Shown: positions 40,554 through 55,325, counted from the first letter of the stretch. The stretch is 64,000 bases of DNA from Octopus sinensis (GCF_006345805.1 NC_043015.1:5084001-5148000); one strand, 5' to 3'. Program-made: numbers and translations. Notes: generated by a model not told the origin, from the sequence alone.

Positions 40554-41734
40554 AAAATATATATGTGTGTTTGTGCGTATGTGTGTGTGCGTGTGTGTGT
40601 GTGAGCGAGTGTGTGTGTGCATATACATGCATATATATAAATTTATGCATATGTATATATATGTGTGTATATATATGCATATATGTGTATATATGTTTGC
40701 AACCAGTAGTAGATACACATATAAATTACTGTAAGTCCGGCCTCCGTAATCGTGGGGAAGGGATACCAATCTCTCCACCTTTTATGACGTCAGTTTTTGG
40801 GGACGTGTATATTTCCTTTCGATTCTACTTTTTCTAAATGTATAGCGAAGTACTAATCCTCAGACCTGGTAAGGAGTAGAGAATATTGCTGGGAAATACT
40901 TTAAAGAATTTCAAATACGATAAAAATATAATAATTTTACACCTAACTAAATTACTGGTATGGTCACACGGTAAAAAGTCGAATGTTCTAATATGCTGTT
41001 TATTAACATTTCTAATACCTCGTTGAAGGAAACATTAATTTGTTGTGGATACTGATGTATGCATTCTTTTTCCTCGTACGATTTTATCCTATTCTCAATC
41101 TCTACTTGCTTGTTAACTATGGTAAAGCTGAATATCTTTTCCTCCGTCTCCCATCTAGTTATTGCTCCCATGACTTATGTGGCTGTGCGCTTGCCCTTAA
41201 TATTTTATTTTACTTAATATCTTTGAAGGTTGTTTCGTTATTATATCCAAAGTTTGCTGTTTGTCTAATTTTGTGGATGGAAATTTTCTGCAGTGTAAGT
41301 AGTGAAGTGTCATCTGATAATGTCTTAGATTTTGAGATACTTAAGACTAACGCTTGAATAACTCTCTAATTCTAATTCTTTATTTAAATTTACCAGAAGC
41401 TTGTAAGCTATAATCCCTATGAAGGTTTGGCATTAACAAACGGTAAGTAGTATCTGTTGAATGCAAATTTCTCAAGATCCACGTAAAGTGTCATCTTATA
41501 GTAATACGAATGCAAGGGTAGTATTGCTTTCTTAATGAAAATATTTTGTCAATAGGCGTACATTACTATAGAGATGTCAAAATCATTGGGCTTTTGTTAT
41601 GCCTGTATTAAGAAAATTTGAGTTTCTTTTGGGAAACGGAATTCTTAAAGACAGGTTAATCACGTGTGATAACCAATTGTGCGTATATATGTTGCATATT
41701 ATTTAGATTTCTTCAGAACTGTAAGCAGGCTGGG

Positions 41735-41905
41735 CGAGTCTTGGCGCCAATTCAGAAGTCTTACACTCTGAGTTCAAATTACCTAAAGCTAGCATTCTTT
41801 CATTCTTTCGGGATCGATGGAGTAAGTACGAACTGAGCACTGGGGTATTTCTACTAGGTACCCTCTCCAAAATTTCAGGTTTTGTGCCTATAGTAGAAAG
41901 AAGTA
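41735..41905 (+). mobile_element. SINE family B, diverged
   Basis: CTGAGTTCAAATT...TTTCATTCTTTCGGGATCGAT...AAGTAC. Confidence 0.65.
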
Positions 41906-42774
41906 TTTAGATTCATAAGATAGCTTATAGTTATAGTACTACAATCTCATAGCGAAATCAGTGATATACGCAGAAATGTGTTCATAGGTCACCAATGTAC
42001 GGCTCTGTGATAAAAGAATTAATCCTGTGAAGGGATAACCCACGTTACTTGTGTGCTTTCAAAAAGTATAAATTATGTTTCTCTTGATGCTAAGGAGAAA
42101 ATTGACTTTTGTTTTAAATTTTTGATCTGGTTTGTTTACAGCTTGGCATGTAAAATCCGGCGACACAAGAATTGCAAAGCAGTACTTTTACTTCTCTGCC
42201 ATTTTATTTCCACGGGAGAGACGGATATACCCAAAGTATTAGCAAGGATGAAGTGCAAATTATGACCTTTCTTTATAATGATTATTTACAATTTTTTTCT
42301 TCATGATATCTTACTAAAATATAGCAGAGAGTATATTTTTCATGCGATATCCCCAATAGAATAAAAATGAGTCTGAAAAATATTAAACAATAAAATTCAT
42401 GACAGTAGCAAAATTGATAATATAAAATACATATTACATTTTTACTAATGGGATTTCTTTCTGAATTAACAAATATATACATATTTCTTATTCACATGTA
42501 TCTGCTGTACGTGAGTATGTGGGTGCATGTGTGAGTGTGCGTGTGTATGTTTGTGTTGTAACTCTAAATTTCTCGTCGCTCACACACTTTACTCTGTAGA
42601 CTGTGATCTGCACATTTCCGAACTGAACATCCGACACATCAATCTTACATCTCGCAAAGGGGCATACAAATGTCAGGCGCATTACAATAGAATGGAGAGA
42701 AAAAATTATATGTTGGTACAATATCAGACAATTATTAACATTCATTGAAAATTACACAAACTGGCTCTTCCATC

Positions 42775-42820
<46 letters not shown>

Positions 42821-43461
42821 AATATATACTACCCAATAATTCCCGAGTAATAGAGTCTTATTCTTTCTTTCCGTTCTTATAACTGTTTCGCTAATCCAAT
42901 AACAACAATACAAAGTACGTAGCCCTTAGGACAGATTTTGAGCATTTACAGAGAATACCGAACTCTCTTACACAGGATCGTGTTTTTAGGAATGCCCATT
43001 AAGTTATGAATACCCAAATTGCAAAGCCAGTTTTGTAATAACATGAGTTTAGTTACACGATAGTAAGAATTCAAATAAATTAGCCCCGACCAGGGCTTTA
43101 ATGCTTTCCTTAAGTATATAGCGCATAGGAGGAACTACTTATAAGTTATGTATGCTAAAATCGTGGAGCATGTAACGTAATAACAGGTTAATCAAATATG
43201 AGATAATAACAATACAAAGTAAATAACATTGAAAATGGCTTTTGTGCGTTCCCAGAGAATATTGCCCTCAGGGGCGCCAGTTTTGGTGTGTTCATGAATT
43301 AGTCAGTAACCGAAATAAGTCGAAATAAGTATTTAACAAAATACTATTTATTTGTCTAAGGGTTGTACTGGATAAATTGCTAAAATAACTCTAGCAGTTC
43401 AAATACTAAGAAATAACCATACTCAATTTAATTTTTACCAAATAATTTAGCATTTGCACAG

Positions 43462-43646
43462 AGTATTTTGTCTGCCGCTACGTTCTGAGTTCAAATTCAG
43501 CCTAGGTCCACTTTGCCTTTCATCCTTTCGGTGTCGATAAATTAAGTACCAGTTATGCACTGGGGTCGATGTAATCGACTTAATCCGTTTGTCTGTCTTT
43601 GTTTGTCCCCTCTATGTTTAGCCACTTGTGGGCAATAAAGAAATAA
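43462..43646 (+). mobile_element. SINE family B, 5'-truncated
   Basis: High similarity to 40375-40553. Confidence 0.88.
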
Positions 43647-44336
43647 CATATATATATATATATTAATTCACAATATAATATAAGGTAGTCAGCATGCTAT
43701 AAAATTTTTAGGCAATTTATACATTAAGTAACTAATGATGGCAAGATAGTTGGAATCAGCTTGTCTCCAACATCTAATATTTCCGTTAAGCTCTGAAAAC
43801 TGAGGTAGTTGAGACAACGTGCCGTCGTTTAAATTCTGAACTTCAATAGCGATAATTGAACTATGAGTATTATTTTAAATACTTAAGACTATTATCCTTG
43901 CATTTACCACTGCAGCAGTTGAAGCGTGTCTATGGATCCCGATCTTCTTAAGCTCTTTATAATTTTTATCAGTATGAAGTTTCGCCAGGCACACACGTTT
44001 TTGCACCTCTAGTATATTTTCAATCGATCTGCATTCCGCTTATTTTTTGTGTATATATAATTTTCTTGATCAGCCACTTTCATTTTTCCTGTCTCTGAAG
44101 TTATATTCTTTCATGTAGTCATGTTGATGAGTAGTCGTATTGAATAAATTTAATTTGATTTGCATGATAATCTTTTTCTGTAAATTGTTCATTGCAGATA
44201 ATTAAGAGAGAGAGAGAGAATAGGGGGGAGGGTAAAAGAAAGAATGAATAATATCTAAAACTGTTCAACGACATTTTTATTTCTAAAGTGATTGTTTTAA
44301 ACTTTCCTTCCAAAATCACATTTAAGACAATTTTGG

Positions 44337-44425
44337 AACGAATTGGTCAGCGATGAATTGACCTGGGAAGAAATTGATCAACGATGAATTGGCTGGAGTC
44401 AAATTAACCGACGTCAACTAACCGT
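44337..44425. repeat. Degenerate array with about 15-bp period (CGATGAATTG-like)
   Basis: AACGAATTGG, GATGAATTGA, AGAAATTGAT, GATGAATTGG, TCAAATTAAC, TCAACTAAC. Confidence 0.6.
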
Positions 44426-44599
44426 GGGCAAATGGTTCTAGTACCGAGTCATTGGAAGACATAGGAAAAATAATCGAAAGCAACTTAAAACCAGAAAAAT
44501 GAACAAAATTTATCTGACTGCCAGGAGAGGGCTTTGCATGATAGATTCGCAAAGATAGTTGCAGCAAATAGTAACAGTGGGATATGGTTATGATTGCAG

Positions 44600-45260
44600 A
44601 AAGGAAAGCTGAAAAGGGAGGCAAATAGTATGCTAGTTCCTGAACATCATCAAATATTAAGGACTAATTGGATAGAAGCTAAGATAGAAAACACCAAATA
44701 GATTCCCAATGTAGATTGTGCAAATGAAAAAAGCATTACTCATATCTTATGTGAAGGTGGAATGGTGGAACAGAAAGAATACAAGAAAAGACATGACAAT
44801 TTATAGACTATAATCCACTGGGAGCTTTGTAGAAAGGTAGGATTTGAAAATGCTGATAAATGGTATGAATAGGAACCTAGAAAATTACTAGAATATAAGA
44901 AATACAAGAAGTTGTGGGGCTTTTACATTCAGACTGAAGGAGTAATAGAAACAAGAAGGCAGGTTTTTGTAGTAGTAGATAAAGAGAATAGAAAGTGGCA
45001 AAGATCTGACTTTACAGTCCCAAATAATGAAAGTATTAATATGAGAGGAATAGAAAAAATGACAAGTACCAGAACCTAGCCACTGAATTACAGAGACTAT
45101 TTGAAAGTGTGAGTAAAATGTATAGGGGATTTGGGAACTAACCCTAAGCATCTGAACAAATGGATACAGGAAATAGGCAAAAAGCGCAATTCAGTGAAGT
45201 TCCAGAAGACAGTATTATTAGAGGCAGCTAGGTTTCCTAGGAGGGTTCTTGGCATATAAG
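44600..45260 (+). mobile_element. Decayed Dong/R4-type LINE 3' part (CCHC knuckle and restriction-like endonuclease)
   Basis: DSQCRLC...SITHILCE...EYKKRHDN..IIHWELCRK.GFE.ADKWYE...LWGFYIQTEGVIETRR; (AAT)n follows at about 45316. Confidence 0.85.
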
Positions 45261-45326
45261 GTTTGATGTTAGATTTTTTTTTCCTTTTCCAACAGTTTAA
45301 TATGCTGTGTGTATATAATAATAATA

Positions 45327-45374
<48 letters not shown>

Positions 45375-45482
45375 TATAATTTGACTCATCCCGAATGTTG
45401 CTGCTCTTATGGCAAAATTTGAAGCCATTGAAACAACAACAGCAACAGCAATAAAAAGAATAAATGTTGTTATTATTATCCC

Positions 45483-45516
<34 letters not shown>

Positions 45517-45539
45517 ATCGTCATCGTCGTCATCATCAA

Positions 45540-45569
<30 letters not shown>

Positions 45570-45571
<2 letters not shown>

Positions 45572-45673
45572 ATCCGAATGGAAGAAAAGTAAAATCGACC
45601 TCATCTGTATTTGAACTTAGTACTTAGCGAGCATTTCTTCCGGCGTTCTAACGATTCTGCCAGTTTGCCACCT
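45570..45673 (-). mobile_element. SINE family B, 5' part
   Basis: CCGGCGTTCTAACGATTCTGCCAGTTTGCCACC is the reverse complement of the family head. Confidence 0.65.
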
Positions 45674-46508
45674 TTAATAATAATACTAATGCTATTTCTC
45701 TGACACCACACAGTAGATGGAAGTGGGGAAAAAATTGATCTTCAGATTAAGCATACATTTATTCCAAAATCTACTTCAATGAACAAGAAACCGTTTCGCA
45801 GGACAATTTTCCCGATCTGCAACGCGTACTATGCAGAACCGTTATCCACATTGAGAAAGTGGGTGCCAGGCAAACAAAGTTAGGTTCTGTATTCAAGATA
45901 ATATATATACAAACAATCGATAGCTTTCTCCAGGAATTTAAATTAAAGTGTACCATGTAATACGGTTTACTAAATTACTTATAGTGAAATATGGATATTT
46001 ACCATGAGCGTTTAATTCAGGTGAATCTCCATCATTCCACATGCCTTACAATATTTCTTGGTATCTCATGGTAGGACAATGTTATGTTTCGAACAGAATT
46101 TTATAGCATGCACACGATTCTGAGGCAGGATAAGATGGTCGCATTCAAGATCGTAGACTAACGCAGAAATTGTTCTGCAGAAAATTTCAACATGAGAACT
46201 GTTACCCGAGGGAGTATGGGTTCGGGAGAAGGAAGTGGAGCAAAGAGAACGTAGAAGCTTCACTGGAAGATTTCAACATCAAATAGAATATTTAGGAAAA
46301 TACTTTAGATACAAGAGGATGGTGTGCTGATGATTTTAAAATCTTCGATATATGCGTGACTGCGACTGAAAAATGGAGACACGACTGAAGGAAACATGAG
46401 TGACTGAGCCTCGTATGCGTGTGGTGGCTGTACGTATGTAAATATATATATGTGTCTGTATGGATGGGTGGATGTGTGCATACCTATCTATCTATCTATC
46501 TATCTATA

Positions 46509-46542
<34 letters not shown>

Positions 46543-46578
46543 CCTATCTATCTATATATATATATATATCTATCTCTC

Positions 46579-46634
<56 letters not shown>

Positions 46635-46940
46635 CGTGTGTGTGTGTGTGTATGAGTCTCTATGTGTGTGTGTGTACATAAAGAGCGAGAGCGAGAGAGA
46701 GAGAGAGAGAGGAGTGAGAGAGATAAGATAAAGACGGAGGGGTAGAGAGAGCGATGAAATGCGCTACAAGCAACCGAGATAGTATTTAATTAAAATGTCC
46801 ATGCATGTTTCACATTAAATTCACAGACACTGTCGATACACTAGTTACTCTAGAATATTTCCTGCAATAAGTTCTTATGAACATTCTTTAGAAACACTTA
46901 TCCCAGAGTGAGTGAGTGAGTCAATGAGTGAGAGGATCAC

Positions 46941-47008
<68 letters not shown>

Positions 47009-48759
47009 TATTTCTTTATTCACCATAAGGTTGAGAAAAAGAGGGGACGATACAAGGAGAGACAAAACAAGCATAGGGCTAAGTGTTTCGAATGAGACGA
47101 AACGTATGTATAAACAAACAATTAAAATATATACAATTAAATGAGAATGAGTGATTAAAAAAAATGAAGCGGAGGAGGCGGTCGACCCCCACAAACCACA
47201 TACTCACACTGAAGACTTTGATTTCTCCTTTTTTATATTCTCGTTTAAACAGACAGACAGATTTACAGTCAGCGACACAGAGAGACAGAAAGAGGGAGAA
47301 AGAGTCAAAGCGAGACTGACAGACAGGATGTCCAAGAGGTAGCTTCTAGTAGGACAGGAGTCCCAGTATGTGGATCTTTGTCATGGCTGTTCTTGATGAG
47401 GTATGTTGCGAGTTCTGACAACATATTATGTCATGATAAATGATACATGCGTTGTGTCAAAAGATACAAGATTATGTCAGATCACGTTTATTGAAATGAA
47501 ACAATTCATTTTGTCATATCGAAAGTAACCAAGATAGAAGAAACACATTTCACCTAGGTTCCTTAAAAATAAATGCATGAGAAGCAGTCCAGCATTCGTT
47601 AAGGAATGTATAACACCAAAGGCCAAATAAAGAAATGGTTTTCTATTAAGAATTAATGTACTATGCAATTTGAAATGCCACTCAAATTGAGACAACTGCA
47701 ATATAAAGAAGATGGAAATGATGTAATATTCATGAAAATGTATTTTTCTTTTTCTTTTTAGATTTCAATAACAAACAGTAACAGTTTGTGAATAAAATTT
47801 TCTATTCTCGTCTGTTTGTAATATTTCAAGTATTTTGCTTTCACATGATTCAATTCGTTTACGATGCATACAAACCAGTTCTTATAAAGACTATATTTCT
47901 AACACACGATGCTAGTAACATATACACGAGAGCTAAGGAATATTGACTAAAGCATTTAATGAATAAATTCTCCTTCCCTTAGAACATTGCATGATTCTTC
48001 ACCGCCAACGCATTTAATATTGAATTAGCCGAATCTGTTTTGTGTCAATAAGTCAGGTTGCTGTTATTCGTAAATTGGTATCATTGGCACCCAAAAATTG
48101 TCTAGAATTTACATGCAATTACTCGACTAATACATTAACTTTTTTAGAAATACAAAGAGTTTTAGATATTAAGAGCAAGGAAGCTTTTCTAATATTTGTA
48201 CTTTTGAAATGGAAAGATGTATAAATATTCATATGTAACTTGAAAGACTTTCATGTCTGCTTCTCTAAGGAAGAGTATTATGTATTTAGAATATTTAATA
48301 CTTATGGACAAAAGCTTGAGAATTAGATACGGAAATATATGCGTTCACACAGGAGTCATAAAATGTCTCATGATATTTGAAAAAAGAATTCAAATGATTC
48401 ACTTTATAATATTTAAAATAACATCGGTGACCATTACTAATAATACATCAGAAGAAAAAATACAAGATATTCCCAGCCATTACACCTTTCATCATAAATC
48501 CGAAACACTAATTAATATTGATATCGGGCTAAACAACATCACTAAATTACCCACAACCATAGTCAACATGTTAATTGTGGTATACTATAGGAACATACTT
48601 CTAATTGTGGGTTCCTGTCTATTTAACATGTTAAAGCAGCAAATAGAAGATATTTTACCTACAAACATTGTGAAATTGAGCAATTAAAACTTGAAACCGC
48701 AACGATAAATTTCAATCTCACCAAGAGCATTGTAATACAAGATGTATAAATTATGATAT

Positions 48760-48975
48760 CTATTTTTTCTACTCATGGCACAAGGTCCGGAATTTGGGGG
48801 GAGGAGGCCATTCGGTTATATTATCCCTAGTATGCAACTAGTACTAAATTCATCGACCACCAAAGGCTGAATGGTAAAGTCGACCTCGGCAGATTTTGAA
48901 CTCAGAACATAATGGCAGACGAAATACTGCTACGCATTTTGCCGGCGTGCTAACGTTTCTGCCAACTTGCCGCCT
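48760..48975 (-). mobile_element. SINE family B, head-to-head with a family A copy
   Basis: AAAGTCGACCTCGGC...TGAACTCAGAAC...GCGTGCTAACGTTTCTGCCAACTTGCCGCC. Confidence 0.8.
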
Positions 48976-48997
48976 TATTTATTATATACATATTGAC

Positions 48998-49201
48998 CAG
49001 GCGTGGACGTGTGCTAAGAGGAATACTTCCCAAACGTGCTCTGGATTTAGTCCCAGTGCGTTGCAACCAGGGCACGTGTCTTCTACTATAGTCTTTAGCC
49101 TGCCAAAACCTTGTGAGTGAATTTGGTTGAAGGAAACTGAAAGAAGCTTATCCAACATATATACATACATATATATATATATGTATGTATGTATGTATTT
49201 A

Positions 49202-49238
<37 letters not shown>

Positions 49239-49335
49239 GTGTCAGCATTCGTCATGACAACCAGTGCTGGTGTGTTTAGGTCCCCGTAACCTAGCGGTTT
49301 GGCAATAAAATATAATAGAATAAATAGCTGGCGTA
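48998..49335 (+). mobile_element. SINE family A, diverged
   Basis: GTGTCTTCTACTATAG...CCTTGTGAGTG...GGAAACTGAAAGAAGC...TGCTGGTGTGTTTA. Confidence 0.8.
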
Positions 49336-50724
49336 AAAAATACAATCAAATTTGCCATGATGTGACATAAACGGATTTCTGTCCGCTTAACAAATACTCC
49401 AATTCATGCAAAGAAAACGGCTATTCATTCCCTTGATACGAATATTGTGTGTCCCATCACGCCAATAACCGTAATTTTCCGCCTCATGATTTGCACTAAC
49501 TCTGACCGTGAAATGTGTAACCAGTATTTTCCAAACAGAATTATTCTTGTTTTATAATGCATTTAGCTGCAACAGTTTATATCAGATTGCAAAATGCGCA
49601 AAGATGAAATTAATATTTTTCTATGGTTTACTCATGCACATTTGACAATATTAGTCACCGAGTTATAGTTAATAAAACTGGGATGTTATTTGATCAATTA
49701 AGAAATTAGCATTTTTATTAATTTAATGAGAAAAGCGTTCAAAGCGGCTGATTTGAAATCGTCTTTCAAATTATGTGCATCATAAAAAAGTATTAGCGTG
49801 GTGCCTTTAAGCATTAAATTAATTGCTTGTGATGTGATATGTTTTCCAATAATCAAATAGTGATTGCAACGAAACGATAACATTGCATTCACTGACAAAA
49901 CCGCGCATATAAAACTGGTCTTGCCGTTTAATATACGGTTATAAAAAATGGAAGATGAAACGCAATATGAGAGTCACATGTGCGTTAATCACAGAACATC
50001 ATAACTGTCACTCTTATTGCACATATTTTCACATATAACGAATCTAACGAAAAATATTTTAAAATACAAACGTATGCACATGTACAAAATACCAGCAAAG
50101 CATCATTGACACGCTACTTCACATTCATACATTTTTATTAATATATGTGCAACTTTGATTAAATTAAACAACGTATATTTAATTTGTCCAGAGTATATTT
50201 AAAATGATAAATGATGTCAGTTATTGCCATGTATTCATTTTACATTTCTTTAGATTCCCCTTCCCCGATTAAAGTTATGTGTAATATCCTAAATGTATAT
50301 ATATCGCTGTATATAAAATATTTGACACAGAAATTTTCAGATAGACATATCAAAGTCATGGAGAATTTACACCAGAGTAGTTGCCTATTTTTCATTTTAG
50401 CTAGACGTGGCATTGGAAATCAAAATGCGTGATGATGTAAATAAATATTTGAAGAGGTTTCTTTCTTTGCTAAATTGATTCTGCAACCAACCTTGCCTGC
50501 TGGGTACCCCAGACATTATGTTAAACAAACCAGTTGTAAAATACCTCTATTTAAATTCGTTTTAGTTATATTTATTTATAATTTATTCCTTCTTAGAGCA
50601 GTAAAGTCGGCAAATAGATTTAACATAAAAGGATTGAATGCCACAGAAAATGTCGACGTTCTGAAATCAGATCGCACGGAGTTTATTTTCTGCATTAAAT
50701 TCTGTAACACTCGTTAAATTGTTG

Positions 50725-50902
50725 GTTTCCGATTTTAACACGTGGCCAGCAGTTTCGTGGGGTGCGGTTTGTTGATTACATCGACCCTGGTACTCAACTG
50801 GTACTTATTTTATCGACCCCGAGGGGCATAATTGACCCCGGCAGAAATTGAATTCAGAACCTGAAGACGGATGAAATGCCGGCGTGCTAACAATTCTGCC
50901 AA
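50725..50902 (-). mobile_element. SINE family B
   Basis: CTGGTACTTATTTTATCGACCCCGA...GGCGTGCTAACAATTCTGCCA. Confidence 0.75.
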
Positions 50903-51297
50903 GTCCCAGCCTTTGCCACTTGGATGATAATAGTTAGCGGGGACCCTCGAATATTTCAGGGAATTAATGGTACATATGATAAATTGCATAAATCTGCCAC
51001 TTAAATAAGCGTGGGTATTTCACGGAAGTGCACATATGCGGATGCCTTAAGTGATAGGTGATATAAAAAAAATTAATTCAATAAAAAAATGTTACTTTTT
51101 TCTATCCAGTCACCACCATCATCATCATCTGGCTTCCTCCTTTCTCTCTCCCTCTCCCTCCTCTCTCTCTCTCTCTCTCTCTCCTTTTTCTCCTCTTCCT
51201 CTCTCCTTCTCCTTCCTCGTCTATCTCACAAAAGAATTTCTCTATTGAAGTGGAGTGCACGTTAAACTAATTGTTCAAACTATAATGACTATCGAAA

Positions 51298-52792
51298 TTA
51301 TTTAAATGAGTAAAAAGTATGTTTCTGCCAGTGTTTGCATTTGTACGATTTCTCTATAAGTGTGTTTACAAGGGAATCCTTAGAGAAGAGAATATGGAAG
51401 AGTTCAGAATTGCAAATGTTACAAAATATCCAGCCCTTATCAAAAGGAATGGGGACTGACAGTATGAACCAATCTAACTTAAAATCTATATTATTGTCTT
51501 TAAGACGCCAAACTAATTTACTTAGCCTTGTACTATGTCATTTTTTACTATCCCTAAATGATGAATAATGGTTTGAAATTCTCTTGCATAACTGGGAAGT
51601 GGACGCACCTATATAGAAGAAGACATCGGTACCAGAATAAATTTTACACTGGTATATAGAATTCTTATTCTTAGAATTATTAGACAAAACTTTAATTTTG
51701 TTGGGGTTGTCCTCCGAGATCGAAACGAAGTCTTTATTGCTATGATTGTTGTTACTATTATTATTGCCACCACTAACAACACTATTCCTATTATTAGTAG
51801 TAGTAGTATTGTTAATACAACTAATAATACTATCAACAATAACACAGTTATTATTATTATTATTAACATTACCGTTGTTATTAACACGACTATTACTATT
51901 ATTATTATTGTCATTGTTATCACCATCACTATTACCATTACTATTATTAATAATACTATTCTTATTATCATAATTGTATGAGGGGTTGGAATTAGCCAGA
52001 TTAATGCAGGAACTCCTGGGCGAAGAACCTTTATTTAGCAGCTTGGTATTGTGAGAAGATATAATTTGTGAAAGATTTGTAGTGTTAGAGAAAGCGATCC
52101 TAACTATGTGGGAATTGATAATAGAATAATATCTAGAATTTTTTGGGAAAGTTCCTAGCAAAAACTTCACGGAACTGCAAGGGAAGGTTTGATTTAATTT
52201 GTTTTCCGAAAGGGATTACGAACCAGATACTATTCTTAGTGACTTTTGAACTGTACGTAGTTTTATTTGTAAAAGTAGGGGGGAATTTTCTGGGTTGGAA
52301 ATTTGGGGTTAAATAGCGCTTACTTCCCCTGATCCGGAAATAATTTATATTATGTATTGGGCTGCTTACACTATTAGAATTAAAATCACTCTTCCTATTA
52401 CAAATATCTATTTTATCTGGAGAAGCAGATGTAGGTCTAGAATGAGCAGAATCGATGTATGACACTTTCTCTTTATAGCCAGCTTTTAACAAGACGGCGT
52501 TATAGAAGTCTGCCTTTTGGTTAAAAATGTCAACATTGGCAGATAATTTCGACAGTCTAAGAGATATGTTTTTGACTAAGTTATCGGTAACTGCCCTAGC
52601 ATGATTACTGTAAAGACTAATATACATAAGATTTGTGGAAGCTTTATGATATGAGAAGTATGAGTTATTCTGTGAATTGAGGGTAATGTCTAAGAAGTTG
52701 GCTTTAGGTAACTCATCGTCAAAAACGATGCGCAAGCCCATTCTACTAAAAAAAATTAACTAATCCATTCTTAACCTTCTGTATTTTTTTTA
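51298..52792 (-). mobile_element. 5'-truncated PLE (RT end, thumb, Asn-rich linker, GIY-YIG), with a frameshift and an internal stop
   Basis: ANFLDITL, YHK..TNLMYISLYSNH, KAGYK, IWFVIPF, SIYQCKI...YIGAST...RISNH. Reading past the TGA at 51538 gives HSTRLSKLVWRLK...CNICNSE...CKHWQK and a stop at 51298-51300, colinear with ORF 464-862. Confidence 0.88.
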
Positions 52793-53185
52793 TTTGAAAT
52801 GTTTTGGATGTAAAGCAGACAATCGTCGCAATAAAGACCTTCGCGTCGCTGGAGTCATTTATTTGCTTCAGCTGTATGTATGTATATATATATATTTATA
52901 TATGAGCGGACAACGTATTGAAAAGGTGTTCAACACATTTGGTAGGAGTTATATTATTATTGAAACCAGTTCGATTGTTCGGCTATTTAATTTCATTATA
53001 TTATGTAATATTACATTATATATCATATTATCATTCATATTGGTAGTGATGCCTGTGAGACATTAAAATTATATATTTAAGCTAATAAGAATGATAGATA
53101 GAGAATGCAGAATATATATATACATGTATGTATATATGCATACAAACACATATATGTAAGTACATATATATATATATGGAATATA

Positions 53186-53227
<42 letters not shown>

Positions 53228-54104
53228 CGTTCATAGATACATACATACGCACATAAATACATGCATACATGCAGGTATGTATGTATAAGTGTATATATTA
53301 AGTAGATATATTGCCTGACAGCCAACGTAATTTTGATTGTATTATCGTATATTATGTATTTATGGTTTTCCTTCCATTAAACTTTTTAATTTTATTTCCT
53401 TTGTCATTTTTTTATGGAGGAAAACCCAAAATATATATATATCCCTCAAAAAACATTTCTATTTAGACGCCAATATTTCAATCATATTACCTTTTTTTCC
53501 GGGGCGAATATCACTTGCTTAAACTTAGCTACTTTAAGGATCGCATCACGCTTGCCAATAATATAGCGAACCTCTTGACTTCCCCACGCATCGTGAAAGA
53601 GAATATTGAGAACTGTCAACGAGGTGAAAGAAACATGCACAAGCATTCGGCTAGTATGCATTTCAGATCACAAATTATAATAAGATTTAAGTTTTGTTTC
53701 CAGCATGAAGATCTAATTTTAATGCTTTCTTTTAATCCATTTTGCGTGTGTTATTTCTTCTACACACTATGCCTTATATATACATACGCATATCAAAAAG
53801 ATGTGTTATAATGCTATTCTACATATACAAGAACAACCATACCAACAATCCAATATACCTCCATCATCAGCTGCCGCACAGATATCATTATGGTTTCTAC
53901 TCCTTGACTGTAACATTCATTCCGATGGTAACAGCAGCACTAATATAAGTGCTCTTGTGGAATAAACACAACAAAGAATTCACAACTTTCAAATACATTT
54001 AACCTATATGCAACAGAATCGGTAAATAAATATATTAAGTAAATCCATGACCAAATCCTAAACAAGTAACTAAAACTAAACAGCGATGAATTATTTAAGT
54101 TCCC

Positions 54105-54143
<39 letters not shown>

Positions 54144-55259
54144 ACGCAAATACGTAAATCAAAATGAAAGCCCAACACCGCATTGATGGATGTGATTTAT
54201 GTATGTGTGAATCAAAACTGACATTGTTTTAGATATAAGAACTGTTAGAAAATATCCTAGTATCGTAACAATATTTCAAGCCAATCACAGAGAGAAAGGT
54301 GTTCCCCCTCCAATTTGGAAAACACAGCGTATATATACATACACACACACATTATAAATCCGATCAAAATGATTTTCTTCGTCACTCGCTGCATGATAGT
54401 AGTATTAATATCTCTTATGTTCAGATCTACGTAAAATTTTGAGATCTGGCACGTTGCACTCAATATGTGTGTGGTTCTGTATATGAGTGCATGTATGTGT
54501 GAGAGCGAATGTGTTTTAAATCTAAGTACGTAAAACTGAAATGTATTTACATGCATAGCACACATAGTTCACAAATTAATACAGAAGGCGCAGTTTTCTT
54601 AACATGCTACTCATATGTAACGAATTTATTGTCAGGTATCTTTTCCTGCAGCTACAGCGAACAATCTGTTCTCATTCGTTGCACAGAAATTATTTTACCC
54701 GCTCATTTACATAAATATTCATTCATTCCATTGACAAATAATTAATGCATAATAGTGGACTATAATGGAGGGAAGTTTAATTATTGAGTAGAGACATATT
54801 TATAATAAGACTTGATAGCATCTACATAGAATAATAGCACTTCTAATGTAAATTAAAAAATACAGGCCTCAAATTCATGTTTAAGAAATGAACATTAACT
54901 GAAAACATGGATTAGTGTGTATACAAATTTTCTGAAGTATAGATAGCGATTTAATACATGTCACAATAGGCAGGAGTTAATATCGCTTCAATAGCGCTAT
55001 AGTCAATTATACATCTATATGTAAGCTTTAGTATTTCGTTTGAATTTGTATTATCCAACGCCGAGAAACTTTCGATGATCTAATCAAGCTAATAGCTTGG
55101 CGTGTCGCGGATACACATAAATATTCTTCTGAGATTTTACGTAATATGAATTACATTCTGTAACGTATTGCTATATTTCAAATATAAGTAATGGAATTGA
55201 TTTTCTAGTGAGTAAAGCAAAACAAAATCGTTTGGATAAATCGATGAATATAGTAAGGA

Positions 55260-55310
<51 letters not shown>

Positions 55311-55325
55311 GTACATATATATATG

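Noticed and set aside
51538-51540. In-frame TGA within GIY-YIG as possible recoding
   Set aside because: The position does not align to Cys in the related ORF 464-862; probably a nonsense mutation.
52905-52985. Decayed HHR candidate (CGGACAACG...GAAACCAGTT-CGATTGTTCG)
   Set aside because: No recognisable CUGANGA core or stem II.
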